Source: Octopus sinensis
Lineage: Eukaryota
Assembly: GCF_006345805.1 (NCBI RefSeq)
Contig: NC_043008.1
Coordinates: forward strand, 58,466,001 to 58,530,000
Reading direction: 5' to 3'
DNA: 64,000 nucleotides
Under the pieces are notes generated by a model that searched no databases, was not told the DNA's origin, and worked only from the letters and a program-made list of their open reading frames with translations. The translations under genes were made by a program, and so were the position numbers. Of this stretch, positions 1 through 13,914 are shown one piece after another. The number at the start of each line of letters is the position of its first letter. Within the stretch, counting starts at the first letter, position 1.

Positions 1-724
1 CATCATTTCGGGGTGGATAGAACACCAATAGAGTAGATATATTCCACTTGACTCCTCCCAAGAACTTGCCAGCCTAGTGTCAAAGATTTAAAAACAATGT
101 GTGTGCGTGCGTGTGTACGTCAATATATACAGAAAAATAATAGAGATCTTTGCATATGTACCTATGTATGTATATATAACGGACTCTCCCATCGTTAAAT
201 GACGTATGACGGTTCGACACTTTCTTACCGAACAACCACACAGATGATCTGTTTATAGTGATTAAATGTTTTTGTGGACATAAGCTCACTCCCTCCATCA
301 AATCGACATTACCTGTACAGGTGCAACTTGGTGCCACGTGTCAGATGTCGAAATGATCTCAGAACAACGTGAAATGAAGTACTTTGCTCAAGACAAGATC
401 ACAACGCAACGCCCTAACCACTAAGCCCGCGCGCCTTTACATATATATGCCTATAAATATACATGTATGTACATATCATTTGCGTATAAAAATATCAACA
501 GACTTGAATTTTTTAAAATTCCTCTACATGTTCTTTGTATTTAAATATCCTTAATTTCTTTAAGTTTATATTTATCATTTTGCTATTACAGACAAGACCA
601 GGTTGGAGCAGTCGTTTCAACATACACGTACATAGTCCAGGGTGAAGGTATCAAGATATGCATCTGTGAGATTTCTTGTAAATATGTGCCTATTTAGCTT
701 AAGAGTTATAACTTGCATTTCTAC

Positions 725-812
<88 letters not shown>

Positions 813-1179
813 AGGAAGTGCTGGAAAATACCTGACTGTGGCTAAAAGAAAATACGGGAGAACCAGTTAAATTGACTTTATTTAACATATTCCTTTCTCA
901 GAATCAATCGCTTATTGCAGCACTCTTTCAGGTTTACCAAGCTCCGGTAAAAGAACTCGAAAGGCAATACTCTAAAGCCAAGACATTTTCATCACCCACT
1001 CGTGAGTTAAGAATGGAGTTGATAAGATCCGGGCTGAATATGTTTGTAGCGAGCGGGACTCCGGAAGCTGTATAATGCAGGCTACCCTTCAGTCCAAGAG
1101 TATCTTGATTGGATGAAGTTTACACTGGCCTAATGAGGTACATATTAACACACGGAAGATTCGATCAGAAGTTAATCTT

Positions 1180-1263
1180 GACCTGACGAGTTGCCTGCGG
1201 CATACACCTCGCTTGGATATTTACCGCTTCCGTGGTTCCACTCGCTATGAAACATATGTAGCC
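1180..1263 (+). ncRNA. Type I hammerhead ribozyme motif, intact core, weak stems I and II
   Basis: CTGACGA 1183-1189; GAAA 1249-1252; palindromic stem III ACATATGT; GUA site at 1260; stem I GAC/GCC has one mismatch. Confidence 0.55.
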
Positions 1264-1499
1264 CGTATTTCATTTACTCCATTCCTTAACTCTCGTATTT
1301 TTATTCGCATACCTGGCAACCCTGGCTGCCAACCGTGAAGTATAAAACAATTTTTTCAGCTTATCGTGCTCCGAAACGAAAAAATCCACAACCTTCCGCA
1401 CCAATAAACCATTTTTTGATCCTGAAAGTTGTTTTTTTTAATATTTTCTACGGATTTCTTGAACCTCACCTCCTTCCTACACCTCGATCCTTAGATCTT

Positions 1500-1548
<49 letters not shown>

Positions 1549-2020
1549 AATATAACTACATGTATATTTGTAAATATATGAATGCACTCATATGCCTTAT
1601 ATGCGAGTTTCTAGGTACTAACCGTTATGCTTTACACTACAAGATTTCGTATATTTCTACATTTAATAAATTGCCTCTGTTAGCACATTTGTGTGAGCGC
1701 TTGTTGGTGTGTGTTTGTGCCTGTGTGCGCGCGTGATTTGCTCTGGCTGCCATTGTAGTTATTTTTATGCATAATTTTAACTTAACGTATGGACACAGGC
1801 GTGTGCGACGCGATATGTGTCACTTTAACAAATTGAATTTGTTGTCGTTTTTCTATTGATTTCAGTCGGTTTCCTAAACTCCATCCACTACTTCGTGACA
1901 TATAATATAGTGGATTAGAATTAATTTCTGTTCGGTGTGTGTAAAATAAGCAAAAATATTTTATTTGCTCAAACCATTCCTTATCTATCTACATATGTAT
2001 AGGTATGTGTATGCATGCAA

Positions 2021-2347
<327 letters not shown>

Positions 2348-2377
2348 TATCTATCTGTCTGTCTATCCATCCTCTAC

Positions 2378-2436
<59 letters not shown>

Positions 2437-2445
2437 CCTATCTAC

Positions 2446-2527
<82 letters not shown>

Positions 2528-2543
2528 ATCTATCTATCTATCT

Positions 2544-5500
2544 TGGAATGCTACCTTGGACACGCATGTAGACTACGTGGGTAGAGATAGGAATAGACGG
2601 GGGTGCAAATGCCTCAGAGACCTGCTCAGACGCTTTCAACTGTCTGACAGGTTCCGACTAGACTACCCGAATGCGCCAACGTGGACATGGAGCAATCGCA
2701 TTGGGTCGTCGAGATCGTATCTAGATAGGATACTGTGTAGGACAGTAGACAGAGATAGCATAGGATGTCCACAATTCCACATAATCAGCTACACGGATCA
2801 CAAACTTGTGACATGTACGCTAGACTTAGGTAAGACATTTAGGCAGGGTCCCGGATACTGGAAACTAAACGCGTCTTTCCCATCGAGACAGGTTTTCAGA
2901 GACCGGATTAGCACACTAGTAAAGAGGGCTTTGACGGGAGCCATCATCAACAACAAATGGTGGTTTGCCCTCAAGAGAGCAGTAAAAGCAGAAGCGATTA
3001 GGTACAGCAAAGCACTAGCCATAGATAGAAATAGAGTTGAGGGTGAGCTAGTTAAGAAGCTAGAAGAGGCAATTAGAAGCGGCATCGCATCCGACGTTTT
3101 GGCGGCGAGGTTGGCCCTCGACCAACACTTCAACGCCAAACACGAAGGATGTGCTGTCAGAGCTAGGATGCGTGCTCTAAGAAACGAAGGTGTTGGAGCC
3201 GCGAGAGAGGCCCGGGTGGCAGAGGCGCAACAGGGCAACAAAGCCACCATTCGGTCCCTGGTAGATGAACAGGGGCGCGAATTGCTCGAGCCAATTAAAT
3301 TGTGTGAGGCTTTTCAGCAGCATTTTGCCCGACTGTTCGGGACGAGTGGAGGGCAAGAACGTAGGGTGGACTTCAGTGCCTACCTACATAGCCTACCACG
3401 ACTCTCGACAAGAAAGGCAGGGTGCTGCGAAGGTGCCATCACGGCGGCGGAAGTGCAGGAGGCGATGGCAGAATGCTCGAGGGACAAATCGCCGGGTCTG
3501 GATGGTCTACCCTACGAGCTTTACAATTGTATGCCAGACTTATTTGGAGATCTCTTGGCGGCGGTGTACTGCAACTGGCAGCAAAACGGGAGCATTCCTG
3601 GTTTTGTGAGCCGAGGAGCCGTAACACTGCTGAAGAAAGATCTAAACAAGGGAAATGTAATAGATAACTTTAGGCCCATCACTCTGCTTAATGCAAACTT
3701 GAAAATTTTGGCCAAGGTGCTAGCCAAGAGGTTGGCGCTTGTCATCGAGAAACTGGTCGACAGGGCGCAAACATGTGCCGTGCCGGGCCGGACCATCCAT
3801 GGCAACCTCCACCTGATGCGCTACATCATAGACAGGGTAGTTAACGAACCTGGCATGGGTGGGGCGCTGATCAATTTGGATCAATCGAAAGCTTTCGATA
3901 GGGTAGACCATCGATACTTGGAGGCGGTCCTCAGAGCGGCAGGCTTCGGTCTCGTCTTCCGCGGCTGGATAGCCGCTTTGTACAGAGGCATCCGTTCGGT
4001 AATTCGCGTGAATGGACATCTATCGAGACCCTTCGACATCGCACGTTCGGTCCGTCAGGGATGCCCCCTCTCGTCGCTTCTATACGTATTGACTCTCGAG
4101 CCATTATTGCGGAAGCTGGCAACTTTGAGGGGCATCCCGCGAGAACTGGGATGCGGGACGAGCGTGTCTGCATACGCGGACGACGTCACCGTCATAGCGT
4201 CTAGCCACGAGCACATCGAGCAGGTCGGCGAGACACTGAAAAACTACGAAGCGGTGACAGGAGCGAAAATCAACCGGGAAAAGTCAGTGGGCTTGCGACT
4301 AGGCACCTGGAGAAGCAAGCCCATGCCGTCCACCAGCGCCTCCGTCGTGGGACGCTGGACCGACGGCCCGGTTGAGTTGCTCGGGGTCTGGTTTGGTCCG
4401 GACCTCCAAGTGGAGAAGAACTGAAACGAGATAACGTGTAGGGTGGTCACTCTCGCCCGGCAATGGGCCGAGAGGAAACTGTCCCTAAAAGGTCGGGCGG
4501 AGGTGGCGAACACGTACATCGGGTCCGTCATCTACTACCGCCTGACCGTCGTACCTTGTCCCGACCCTACCATCACCAAACTACAACGCATTCTCTTTCG
4601 CTTCTTGTGGAAAGGATGCGTCCCGATGGTCAGGCGATCCATTTGCTGTCAACACCCGCTAAAAGGAGGGCTGGGCATGCCGTGGTTGATGATGCGCAGA
4701 CACGCGCTGAGACTGCGACATCTCTGGCTCTATGTAGACGACGGTGAACAGGTGTGGTCGCCGTTTGTGAGGCACGCTTTCCCGCAGCTCGTCTCCATGA
4801 CCGAACTGCAGTCGTGGATCAAAAAGAGGCCGAGGAAGGGCGATTGGCACCGCGAGTGTCGCGTTGCTCTCAAGCAACTCTGCCGTCCCGGGTCGACCTT
4901 GAGTGACTTCAACACAACCAAAGCATTCTATAGGGGATTAGTGGAGGGGAGGTACGACGACGAGCTCGGGGCGAACCTGGACGTCGACGAGGAGTACCTG
5001 ACCCGCCTGTTCAGGACGACTTTCGGGTCAGAGCCCATGGACAACTTCCAGAGATCCCTGACCTGGCAGTGCTACCGAGAAGCGCTACCCGTTCGGGATA
5101 AGCTCTACAGACACGGCTCGAGAAACACGGGGCCGACCTGCCCGAGATGCGGTCAGAGCGACGAAACCGTTCTGCACGCACTCGTGCAGTGTCCAACAAT
5201 TTCCGACCTGTGGGCTTATGTCGAACAACTGCTGTCACGTGTGGGACGAGTCGGTTTATCAGCTGAGTCTATCGTCAATATTGTCACGCCTCTTTCCTTC
5301 AAACGGGAAGGAAGAGCTATTTTCATCATCCTTGTGGCTATGGCGAAAGAATGTATCTGGTGGACGCGTCTGAAAGGATTGGAGACAAACACTTTCCTCT
5401 CTGGTCAATCTCTCATCAACTTCTTCAAGTACCACTTGAAAAGGAAAGTGAGAGTAGAGAGGCAAGTTTTGTCTAGCGAATGTTTTAAAAAAAGATGGGT

Positions 5501-5558
5501 GAATGTAGCAAGGATGGCACGTATGAATGACGAAGCCACCTTGAGCATAATCCTATGA
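2544..5558 (+). pseudogene. LINE ORF2 (EN-RT-zinc knuckle) interrupted by one in-frame TGA at 4422-4424
   Basis: Track ORFs 2556-4424 and 4443-5558 are in the same frame and join through N-[TGA]-NEITCR; TGA is probably a mutated TGG (Trp). The frame is truncated inside the endonuclease just after the GD of GD(W/F)N. Confidence 0.9.
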
Positions 5559-5991
5559 ACCCAGAAATTGAAAACAGAGGGTTACCCACTTGCAAACAAA
5601 TGTGGTAACATATAACAATATTGACCAAGGTTACCGTGGTTTTTTTCGTAGGCTTTTCTTCCCACGATAAACCTTACTTGCTTTCCCCTTTACACCATAT
5701 ATCATAACACTGTGATACACGATCCCTATTGATCGTTCTTTTTTTTCCTCTTCCCCTTTTTTCTTCTTTTTTCATTTCTCTTTCCTTTTGTTCCTTTTCC
5801 TTTTCTTTTTTTCTTTTATTCTTTTTATTTTATTCAATTTTTTTTTGTTCTTTTCTTCCCTTTTACGATCCCTCTTGATCGAAAACATACGCCACCCCAC
5901 TTTTTTTTCTTTTGCTTTTTGTTCAAAAGAAAAGCTCTACCTTGTAACTTGTCCCATCTGTGTGCAGCCCTGTGTGGCCAATAAAGAAACT
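2545..5991 (+). mobile_element. 5'-truncated non-LTR retrotransposon, L1/Tx1 clade
   Basis: ORF2 has an APE endonuclease remnant (WNATLD..., TWTW, SYLDR, TDHK), RT motifs (KAFDRVDH, RQGCPLS, YADD) and a C-terminal CPRC-x7-H-x4-C knuckle. A T-rich 3'UTR ends AATAAAGAAACT. Candidate TSD TATCTATCTT at 2535-2544 and 5992-6001. Confidence 0.95.
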
Positions 5992-6001
5992 TATCTATCT
6001 T

Positions 6002-6300
6002 CACCAAGAATCTAACTACAGTAGACTTCTTGAACATGCTGTAAATTTTAGGATGGATAAATACTATGTTTTTAGAAATACTGACAGGTGTACTGTATAT
6101 ATTTATGAAAATTCGAGCCAACCCCTGTTATATTTAGAAATTTATTACGCATCTTTAGCAGAAAAATCCTTAGTATATCATTAAAGAGAACTTTGATAGC
6201 GTCACACTAAATGTGGCGTTAGCAAGAAATGGTTACAACGAAAAATTGGTGTATATGAAACATGCCTTTCGACCCTACTTCCCAGAAGATGTAGAAAAAG
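6002..6300 (+). pseudogene. Old Penelope-like RT relic
   Basis: Frameshifted peptides TKNLTTVDFL, IYENSSQP, IFRNLLRIFSRKILSIS and ALARNGYNEKLVY parallel the PLE at 56-57 kb (TNLKSVDFL, ESDHPP, ILRNLVSNVGRRISSIS). Confidence 0.6.
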
Positions 6301-6540
6301 AAAAATAATCTCGTTAATCTTCTGTCACATGTAGGAACTTTCTATGTTTAAAAATTTATATTTAACCTATTTACTATGGAAAAAAAGACTTATCCACTCG
6401 AAATTTTGTTGCACATAATTGCGGGAAGCAGTTTTACACATCGGTCTGTCTTTTATTGAGGAATGTTATATTTGAAAATATCTTTTCTTGAAGTATGTAA
6501 AGTTTATTAGTGGGGACGTAACATTCAGAAAATACCAATT

Positions 6541-7040
6541 CTATATTTTAGCGGATAATTAATATTAGTACGGGAGCAACCACGAAATTAAATTACGCCT
6601 TTAAGGGGTTAAGATAAATATCTACATGTCTAAAAATACAGACACGAACACTTAAAACCTACACGGAAAAGATTTGAATCTATTTCCATTTACTTAAGGA
6701 TATCTTAAAACATGTCATTGATTTTCAATTCACCTTATCATGCGTGTCCTAAAGCATTTCAGTCGCACTTTTACTTCGAGCATCTAAACCTTGTATATTT
6801 TAGGGGATAATTAATATTAGTACGGGAGCAACCTTGAAACTAAATTACGCCTTTAAGGGGTTAAAATAAATATCTACATGTCTAAAAATACAAATACGAA
6901 CATTTAAAAATCTACACGGAAAAGATTTGAATCTATTTCCATTTACACAAGTATATCTTAAATCATGTCGTTTATTTTCAGTTCACTTTATCATGCGTGT
7001 CCTAAAGCATTTCAGTCGCACTTTTACTTCGAGCATCCAA
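6541..7040. repeat. Tandem duplication of a ~250-bp unit
   Basis: TATTTTAG(C/G)GGATAATTAATATTAGTACGGGAGCAACC ... TCGCACTTTTACTTCGAGCATC occurs twice with a period of about 252. Confidence 0.9.
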
Positions 7041-7905
7041 AACTTTCATTATTCACCATCAGTAATGTAAATCCTTCCTCAACCTTCATCCTACAATCCT
7101 TCCAGCGTCTTAGACATCTGCCTTTCACTACTACTCATGTTCTCCCTTCATGACTACATTTGGATTCCTATTTTCAATCTGTGTCACGAAACAATTACTA
7201 GGTTAGGTATTATATTCTTAGATAAATAAAATTTTACTAATCTGGACTAAAAATTACTGGCAGAAATTCTGCCTAGTTTTGAAAATTGTGGGGCGTTTCT
7301 AAAGTCAGTGTAATTACTGTCTTTTCTTTTCTACAGTGATATATGTCTGTCTATCTGTCTAGCTATATCAATATGCACATATGATCGGGGGATCCCAGTG
7401 TAGGACGTTTGTGAACTTCAAGAAGCAAGCGGCTAGTGTTTGGTAACAAAAAGTGGACAGTGGACAGTATACGATAAGATACAATAATTATTTATTTCTA
7501 AATCTCTGAAGGAGATACATTCAGTAACAGTCCCAACTCAGCTCAGAGCAATATCTGCACACCAACGCTTTCTAGGTTAGTTCCCTTCATCAGCACAATA
7601 ACTGCTCGGCTAGAGATGGTGCCACTATACTCTTGTTCGAAATATATATTTTTCAAAGTGACACACAGTCACTGATCTAATAAACAGAAAATTATTATTT
7701 CTAAATCTCGGAACGAGAGAAATTCAGTAACAGTACTCTAGAGTAAGATTATTTGCCAACATAATATGGAAGTCCTGCTCAGGACGATTGTTACTGTTAT
7801 TTAGCCCGAGGAAACATCATTTCACCTAGCTGTATGACACAATATTTGTGTACTTATATTTTCGAACAAGTGACTTTAGTGTCCCCACTTAGCTCAAAGC
7901 AATAC

Positions 7906-7948
7906 CTGCGTACCAATGGTTTCTGGTTATTTCTCTTCGTCAGCACAG
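7906..7948 (-). ncRNA. Minimal type I hammerhead motif (second copy of a tandem pair)
   Basis: Minus strand: CTGTG-CTGACGA-AGAGAAATAACCA-GAAA-CCATTGG-TA-CGCAG. A decayed sister copy lies at 7555-7598 (H17=G). Confidence 0.7.
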
Positions 7949-8025
7949 AATAACTGCTCGGCTAGAGATGCGCTCCCTTAAACTCTTGTTCGAAATCAAT
8001 TCGATTATGGAAGCTATGATTGCCT

Positions 8026-9036
8026 GTTTAAGAGCGGAGATCAGGTAGAACAGGTCGAGACAAAAGAAACAGATGATGATATGACTGTTGTAAAAAGAAA
8101 GAGAAAGAAGAGTGGAGGGAATGGTTCTCCGCCAGATAAACAGAAAAAATAAGAAAGAAGATATGAGAAAAGAAACTGTGAAGGTCAGCAGGAAGGAAGA
8201 CAAAAGGCCGACAGAGAAAGAAAGTAAAAAGAAAGTGGAGCTACAAGTAAAAATACCAGTTGCTCCGGTAGAAAAGGATTCGGAAATTCAGCGGGCCGAA
8301 GAAGAATTAGAGAGACTGTTTAGAGTGGAGGAGGAAAAGAGAGAACAGAAAAGCCAAAATAAAGGAAAGAAAATTAAAGGGAACGGTGTATGGTAGTACG
8401 TAACCTACCCGAAGAACATTGGAACAGAGAAGAAAATACTTAAGTTTCACCAAATAGTAAGAGTAAAGATACCAGCATACATATATATGCAGAGGACACG
8501 AAGACGATAGTAATTGAAGAGGGAAGTTATAAAAGACTGCAAGAAATGTGTGGAGATAACATCGACCCATCAGGAATAACGGTGGAATTCGAAGAATTGC
8601 CACCAGTTGTGGATTTAGTAGAAATCGAACGATTAATGAAATATTACTAAAATATAAATAAGTATGTCAAATCGACAGTAACAAAAAGAAAAGAAAAAGA
8701 AAAAGGAGGGAAAAAAAGAAAAAAGAAAGAGTAAGTGTTTTATGTTATGTCTAATAATATCGGAAAATAGAAAAACATTTTTAGAGAACGTATAACGGTT
8801 CAAATAATTGTAATGGTAGACGATAATTGATTGTTAGTTACATGTATGATAAAAACGGACAGTTTAAAAAGATTAATGGTAATGCATGTGATGAGGGGCG
8901 CAGGCAGCCATTCATAACCCCATTATTGTATAATCATCTCATCATATTCGTTCTATGTATTGTCCCCTCTGTGGTGTCCTGTCTGTCCTTGTTTGCCCCC
9001 CCTCAATGTTTGGGCCCTTGTGGCTAATAAAGAAAC
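8026..9036 (+). mobile_element. ~1-kb retroposed non-autonomous element with a Tx1/SINE-type 3' tail
   Basis: Flanked by the exact 18-bp direct repeat TGGAAGCTATGATTGCCT (8008-8025, 9037-9054). Ends GCCCTTGTGGCTAATAAAGAAAC like the LINE at 5950-5991. Carries broken Glu/Lys-rich frames. Confidence 0.8.
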
Positions 9037-10175
9037 TGGAAGCTATGATTGCCTATTTAGTTTATGTACTTTGTGCTTTGTGTTGGGCATTTATGGAATC
9101 CTTTTATCCTCTAGGAATTCGCCAGAACGTTTTGCATGTCAGTTTTAAAATAATTTCTGTTTCACATCTGGGTGAGTACAAAAATTACTTAAGTTACATT
9201 ATTGTAATATTTATGTGAATTTTGAACCCTGAAATTGTGACAGGTTGCGTAGTAATTTTGCTTGCTATTTTCTGTTATGATAAATGATAAAAAATTTGTA
9301 TAAAAAGCTAGAGGGTGTATGAATTTAATTTTTTATGGAGCCAGTTTTGTAGTATTAGACAACTAACAGTAAATTTTGTCTAATGCTTACTCAGCAAGTT
9401 TGTATGAAACAGTTTTGTGTGAATTTAAAGCAAACTAGATATAAATTTTTAAACTATAATTATTGATGTAGTCAGGCAGCTGTTCGGTGTCATGAACTTC
9501 TAAGTGTATATAGTTGCTTTGATTTTAGATTTATTTATGTTTAGGTCCAAGGTTCGAAAACCGAATTTGTGAAGCTAGATTTTATGAATCTAAAGTCTCG
9601 GAATCCATATTTATTTGAAAACCAAATTTGTGAGGCTAGGTTAGTGTAGCTAAATTTTGGTGAAACTAAATTTGTGAATCCAGAGTTACGAATCCAAGAT
9701 TGTGAAGTAAAGTTCGTGAAATATAGTCCGAATTTTTGAACTATATATATTTTACCTTCATAAATATGGTAACTGCACGTCTAGTGTAGCATTAATCTAT
9801 TTTGTTCGTATATATTCGTGTTGTTTGATGGCTGTTTGTGTATGCTGACATTTAATTGTTAATAATATCAAAGAAAAAACTTCCTGGTGTGATGTTGTTT
9901 TGGGTTCACCCAATCATTGTCGGTTGTGTAAATACGGGTTTTGGCCATCAGGTCGTAACAGAGACAGAGACAGGGAAACAGAAGGAAAATGCCCCTTGTA
10001 TTTCAATAATATGCGAATATTCTTTCAAAAAATCTTTACTTTTTATTTTTCCAAAATTTAATTGCTTTCCATACTTACAGTTTAAAAAGTCTCAATGACT
10101 GAAACCGGTACTGAATTTTTTTTTTATAAAATGGTTTTAGCATTTTCTACCTTGAATTTTTTCCATATATATATA

Positions 10176-10674
<499 letters not shown>

Positions 10675-10937
10675 TTTTTTTAATGCATACATATATCTTT
10701 ATTGTCCACAGGGGGCTAAACATAGAGGGGAAAAACAAGGACAGACAAAGGTATTAAGTCGATTACATGGACCCCAGTGCGTAACTAGTACTTATTTAAT
10801 CGACCCCGAAAGGATGAAAGGCAAAGTCGACCTCAGCGAAATTTGAACACAGAACTTAACGACAGACTTAGTACCCCTAAGCATATCTCCCGGCGCTAAC
10901 GTTTCTGCCAGCTCGCCGCTCTTTCTCTCTCTATATA

Positions 10938-10991
<54 letters not shown>

Positions 10992-11097
10992 TATATAATA
11001 ATATATATATATATGCATATATAATAATATATATATATATGCATATATAATAATTAATAAATTTAAGGGTAGCAAAAAATTCTAGAAAAATTCTCCG

Positions 11098-11285
11098 CTA
11101 ATTTTTGGCTAATTTTGAAATTAAATCGGCAGTTTATATCTACTGCTGAGAAAACCGCACGAATGCGGTGGATTTTGAAAATTTATAGCATATAGACTCG
11201 AGACATGCTCGTTATCGCCTCGTGAATATATGGTAGTCCTTGGCTTTTCTGCTGATGAGTGCAACGCCAGTGGTAAATAAATTTA
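11098..11285 (+). repeat. Copy of the dispersed repeat that forms the core of 50878-51189
   Basis: TTTTTGGCTAATTTTG...GCGGTGGATTTT...CTTGGCTTT.CTGCTGATGAG aligns to the reverse complement of 50940-51115. Confidence 0.8.
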
Positions 11286-12693
11286 ATTTAATTTAATTTA
11301 TTTACAAAAGAGTGCCGAAACTATGCATAGTCCAGAAACGAGAGGGTAAACGTTTTTTTTCTGTTTCCATTTCAGTATTACAACTATTAGTGGTTTGGAG
11401 TTTAGCTGCACTTTCTAGTGAGTCGGATGTCCTATTATAGCCATCCCTTATATGTTTGAATGTATATGCATATATATATATAGCCATCCCTTATATGTTT
11501 GAATGTATATGATATATATATAGCATCCTTATATGTATGAATGTATATGTATATATATATATATATATAATATATATATATATTCACATACATACACACA
11601 CATATGTATATATACATATATATTTATACTTACATATATATATATACATGTATTTATATGCATGTATATGTGTGTGTGTGTGTGTGTACATGACGTCACT
11701 AACTGTGCAGCCAGCATGAAATACGAAAACAAACGAGTTAAATACGCAAACAAAAAGGGAAGAAATGGAAAACAGGAAAGTAACCAGAGAGAGCGACACT
11801 TCATGAGTTGTCGGCTGTCTATCTACTTCTCATTTTGAGCATTCAACGACAATATGAGTTTTCAAAGTCAGTTGCTTCCATAAATTCTTTAAAAATTAGG
11901 ATTTCTTGAGGGCAAAAGTTGGGAACAAAAACAGGAGAAATGAGACATAAATGGAAACCGAACGCGAGGAAATTAGTGAACGCTAGGAGAAATATTTTCT
12001 TTGAAAAGAGAAAAGATAGAAGAGCGAAAGAAAACATCCTGTTCTTTCAACATCCGTGGAGGAAAAGAAAGATAGTCAAGTGAGGAAAAGGAAGATGGAC
12101 GATGGTCACGTGTGAGCAACGAGAGACAGTGAGAGACAGAGACAGATAGAAAATGGGGAAGGGGAGGAAAAAGAAATTAGAGGAAGATGGAGGAAGAAAA
12201 GAGTAAACCACATTTATATACGCACATACCCGTATGCACGCACACACACACACGCCTATTTACGTAAAGAGTATACTCCTTGTATACTCCCTTAACCTTT
12301 TTTCTGTATTGTTACCCTTAGCCCTGTTTTTTCTTCTGCTTGTGCGTATATAGACGTGTGTATGAACCTTTATGGTGCGCGCGTGTGTGTGTGGTTTTTT
12401 GTAAATATATATAGATATATTTGTCGAATGGTGCGGGGGAGGATGTGTATGTTTCAAGTGAGGGTGGATGAGTGTATACTTTTAGGCGCATGCACGTTGG
12501 TGTGCGGGCGCGCATATGAAGGTATGAACATTTGCGCTCACGCGAATACTATGGACTTTTTTACCTTCTTACTTTTACTCCCTCTCCTCACTTAGCGGTC
12601 ATTAAAATAGCTCTTTTGTTTTAATAACGGTCAATCACACAGTAATTTCCCTTTGTATAACGGTCATTTTTCATAGTATTTTTCCGATGGCCG

Positions 12694-12754
12694 GATAACT
12701 GAAGAGATGGCGGCGTGGATTTCCACATCGGCATCCGAACCTCGGAGTTTTATC
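12694..12754 (+). ncRNA. Hammerhead motif, probably inactive (A15.1C); same family as 58011-58071
   Basis: GATAA-CTGAAGA-GATG...CATCC-GAAC-CTCGGAG-TT-TTATC. Confidence 0.65.
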
Positions 12755-12988
12755 ATGGCTACCGAATAATTGTCACATATTACATTTACGGATATATATA
12801 CAGATATACACACCGAATCTATATCTATTTCTATCATTCTATCTATCTATCTACCTACCTACCTACCTACCTATATATATATATTAGTATATATATACGT
12901 ATATATATATATATATATAATATATATATATATCTATATATATATATATACATAATATACATTTTGTTTACGTATATGTATTAGTATA

Positions 12989-13023
<35 letters not shown>

Positions 13024-13483
13024 TAGTATACGTATATATATATATATATTATAGAGAGAGAGAGAGAGATATGGCTATTGATATATATGCAAACTCATAC
13101 AAAAATGGATATATCTGTGTATGAGTGTGCGACTGCGTGTTTGAAATTAGTGTAATCTTAGCTACATCAATGGATCCAAACGAATTTCTACAAAAGTAAA
13201 TATGTATATTGGAATTCTTTTAGTCACTGTGAGCAGCATTGTGCGTAAATCGAAGAAGGATTAAAATAAATATATCTCTACGTAAGCAATGTTGCTGAAC
13301 AAATATTTATGAAATAATTACCGATGTGGAGGGGATACTGATACAATATTTGTTTTATATTGCAATTCGTATTTTTATTTTAAAGTTTGATAGCTAAGAA
13401 TACGAAGAGTTGGTGCCAATATGTGTACAATTTGTAGGATTCTAGAATATCTTTTGCATCACGAATTTTGTAAATTTAATAAC

Positions 13484-13586
13484 TTTCAAACAATCGAAAG
13501 CTTTTGAAATAAAATTGAAATGAAATGAAAATTCTGTCTCTGCATATCTATCTATCTACCTTTCTATCTACCTATCTACCTTTCTT

Positions 13587-13663
<77 letters not shown>

Positions 13664-13819
13664 ACATATATATATATATCTGCAAAGGTAATATATATGT
13701 ATATATATATATATATGCATATGTATACACATGTATATATATGTATATATATGTATATATATATATATATATATACATATATACATGTGTATGTATATAT
13801 GCATATATATTACCTTTGC

Positions 13820-13914
<95 letters not shown>

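Noticed and set aside
925-1001. GLPSSGK P-loop-like peptide and an AG...GTGAGT-bounded 70-nt exon
   Set aside because: The P-loop frame stops after 8 codons; the exon frame has no recognisable homology and lies in probable retroelement debris.
2798-5465. Antisense and alternate-frame ORFs inside the LINE
   Set aside because: Shadows of a GC-richer coding sequence; no independent motifs.
11245-11285. CTGATGAG here and at 50951(-)
   Set aside because: No GAAA or stem III follows; the hammerhead-like motif of this family lies further 3'.
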